From the NCBI GenBank assembly GCA_042408215.1, contig JAYFMW010000028.1, positions 344,108 to 408,107 on the forward strand: a DNA stretch of 64,000 nt, read 5' to 3'. Shown one piece after another: positions 62,376 to 64,000 of the stretch (position 1 is the stretch's first letter; every line of letters starts with the position of its first letter). The DNA is from Microcoleus sp. GTDB lineage: Bacteria; Cyanobacteriota; Cyanobacteriia; Cyanobacteriales; Microcoleaceae. The notes under the pieces were generated by a model. It saw only the letters and a list, made by a program, of their open reading frames with translations. It did not search any database and had not been told where the DNA came from. Position numbers and translations under genes: made by a program.

Positions 62376-64000
62376 TTACACGAACTTGAAACTATCAGAG
62401 GTAAAGCCGCCTTGAATCACAGCAATTTGGTCAGAAGTACCAGCCAAATTGATGGAGTTACCAACAATATTGTAGTCTGAGAGACTCCCATGTAACTGAA
62501 TTTGATCTATTCCCTGCTTGAAATCTTGAATCAATGCAACTCCTGTTCCACTATAGTATGTCTTGGTGGCATCTCCTAGCACAAAAACATCTCTACCCTT
62601 ACCCCCAATCAGCGCATCCGTTTCATTACTTCCGGGTGTAGCACTCAATGGATTGACTCCAATCAGGATATCATTGCCTCGCAAACCTAAGAGTGTATCG
62701 TTACCCTCTCCTCCAGTTAAGGTATCTATGCTGCTACTACCTAAAATGGAGTTATCTAAACTATCTCCGGTAATGTCCTTTCCTGCTGTGGTGTTAATAC
62801 TGTTAGCTGGCGAAAAGGGTGGAGTTTGGTTTTGAGGTGGAGGATTGCCCATTCCGCCTTGGTTTTGATTGCCCGGTGCGCCTTGGTTTTGACCTGGAGG
62901 ATTACCCATTCCGCCTTGGATTTGACCTAGAAGATTACCCATTCCGCCCTGGTTTTGATTGCCCGGTGCGCCCTGGTTTTGATTGCCCGGTGCGCCTTGG
63001 TTTTGATTGCCCGGTGCGCCTTGGTTTTGACCTAGAAGATTACCCATTCCGCCTTGGATTTGACCTAGAAGATTACCCATTCCGCCTTGGTTTTGATTAC
63101 CCGGTGCGCCTTGGTTTTGATTACCCGGTGCGCCTTGGTTTTGATTGCCCGGTGCGCCTTGGTTTTGATTCCGGTGCGCCTTGGATTTGATACCCATTCC
63201 GCCTTGGTTTTGACCTAGAAGATTACCCATTCCGCCTTGGTTTTGATTACCCGGTGCGCCTTGGTTTTGATTGCCCGGTGCGCCTTGGTTTTGATTGCCC
63301 GGTGCGCCGGATTGACCCATTCCGCCTTGGATTTGACCTAGAAGATTACCCATTCCGCCTTGGTTTTGATTGCCCGGTGCGCCTTGGTTTTGATTGCCCG
63401 GTGCGCCTTGGTTTTGATTGCCCGGTGCGCCTTGGTTTTGACCTAGAAGATTACCCATTCGCCTGGTTTTGATTCCCTCGCCTTGGTTTTGATTGCCCGG
63501 TGCGCCTTGGTTTTGATTGCCCGGTGCGCCTTGGTTTTGATTGCCCGGTGCGCCTTGGTTTTGACCTAGAAGATTACCCATTCCGCCTTGGATTTGACCT
63601 AGAAGATTACCCATTCCGCCCTGGTTTTGATTGCCCGGTGCGCCTTGGTTTTGATTACCCGGTGCGCCCTGGTTTTGATTGCCCGGTGCGCCTTGGTTTT
63701 GATTGCCCGGTGCGCCTTGGTTTTGACCTAGAAGATTACCCATTCCGCCTTGGATTTGACCTAGAAGATTACCCATTCCGCCTTGGTTTTGATTGCCCGG
63801 TGCGCCTTGGTTTTGATTGCCCGGTGCGCCTTGGTTTTGATTACCCGGTGCGCCTTGGTTTTGACCTAGAAGATTACCCATTCCGCCCTGGTTTTGATTG
63901 CCCGGTGCGCCTTGGTTTTGATTGCCCGGTGCGCCTTGGTTTTGATTGCCCGGTGCGCCCTGGTTTTGACCTAGAAGATTACCCATTCCGCCCTGGTTTT
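62376..64000 (-). CDS. G/Q/N/P repeat protein with C-terminal RTX Ca-binding region (start outside the window)
   Basis: GAPGNQNQ and GGMGNLLGQ(N/I)Q units; GGEGNDTL, GLRGNDIL, GGKGRDVF nonapeptides; IQDF...DQIQL tail; frame is open to the window edge. Confidence 0.88.
   Translation of the reverse strand, partial: NQGGMGNLLGQNQGAPGNQNQGAPGNQNQGAPGNQNQGGMGNLLGQNQGAPGNQNQGAPGNQNQGAPGNQNQGGMGNLLGQIQGGMGNLLGQNQGAPGNQNQGAPGNQNQGAPGNQNQGAPGNQNQGGMGNLLGQIQGGMGNLLGQNQGAPGNQNQGAPGNQNQGAPGNQNQGEGIKTRRMGNLLGQNQGAPGNQNQGAPGNQNQGAPGNQNQGGMGNLLGQIQGGMGQSGAPGNQNQGAPGNQNQGAPGNQNQGGMGNLLGQNQGGMGIKSKAHRNQNQGAPGNQNQGAPGNQNQGAPGNQNQGGMGNLLGQIQGGMGNLLGQNQGAPGNQNQGAPGNQNQGAPGNQNQGGMGNLLGQIQGGMGNPPGQNQGAPGNQNQGGMGNPPPQNQTPPFSPANSINTTAGKDITGDSLDNSILGSSSIDTLTGGEGNDTLLGLRGNDILIGVNPLSATPGSNETDALIGGKGRDVFVLGDATKTYYSGTGVALIQDFKQGIDQIQLHGSLSDYNIVGNSINLAGTSDQIAVIQGGFTSDSFKFV

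Noticed and set aside
63170..63480. Odd peptides GIKSKAHR and GEGIKTRR as functional inserts
   Set aside because: They are locally frameshifted readings of the same repeat DNA caused by compensating indels, probably consensus errors.
62819..64000. CRISPR-like array or plus-strand ORFs (LGFDCPVR repeats)
   Set aside because: The 24- and 30-nt units are multiples of three and continue in frame into an RTX domain on the minus strand; the plus-strand ORFs are shadows.

Overview
Chromosomal origin region of a filamentous cyanobacterium (abundant HIP1 GCGATCGC sites, heptamer STRR arrays, REP/MITE-rich spacers; Microcoleus/Oscillatoria-like by inference). Left to right: dnaN (cut by the window edge), oriC with DnaA boxes, dnaA, an HtrA protease, def, a three-gene TerD cluster, lysS, tkt, and a four-gene phosphorelay headed by an ETR1-type ethylene-binding histidine kinase. 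A rearranged block follows at about 19-45 kb. It holds kaiA-kaiB-kaiC (kaiB and kaiC split by two dead tnpB elements) and a 1.9-kb integrase-only element in tRNA-Arg(CCG). The right part carries inrS, a knotless phytochrome kinase, pyrH-frr, msrB, modA-modBC, speB and a secreted-type protein made of G/Q/N/P repeats. The most notable unannotated structure is two nested inverted repeats formed by diverged 3' copies of hhoA and of a GST gene. The convergent hhoA/GST locus therefore exists twice with different defence cargo (MazEF-like TA versus AIPR plus type III R-M), and the kai-containing segment between them appears inverted. Several frameshifts (mod, res, modA, repeat protein) may be sequencing or assembly errors. 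All identifications are by eye, with no database searches.
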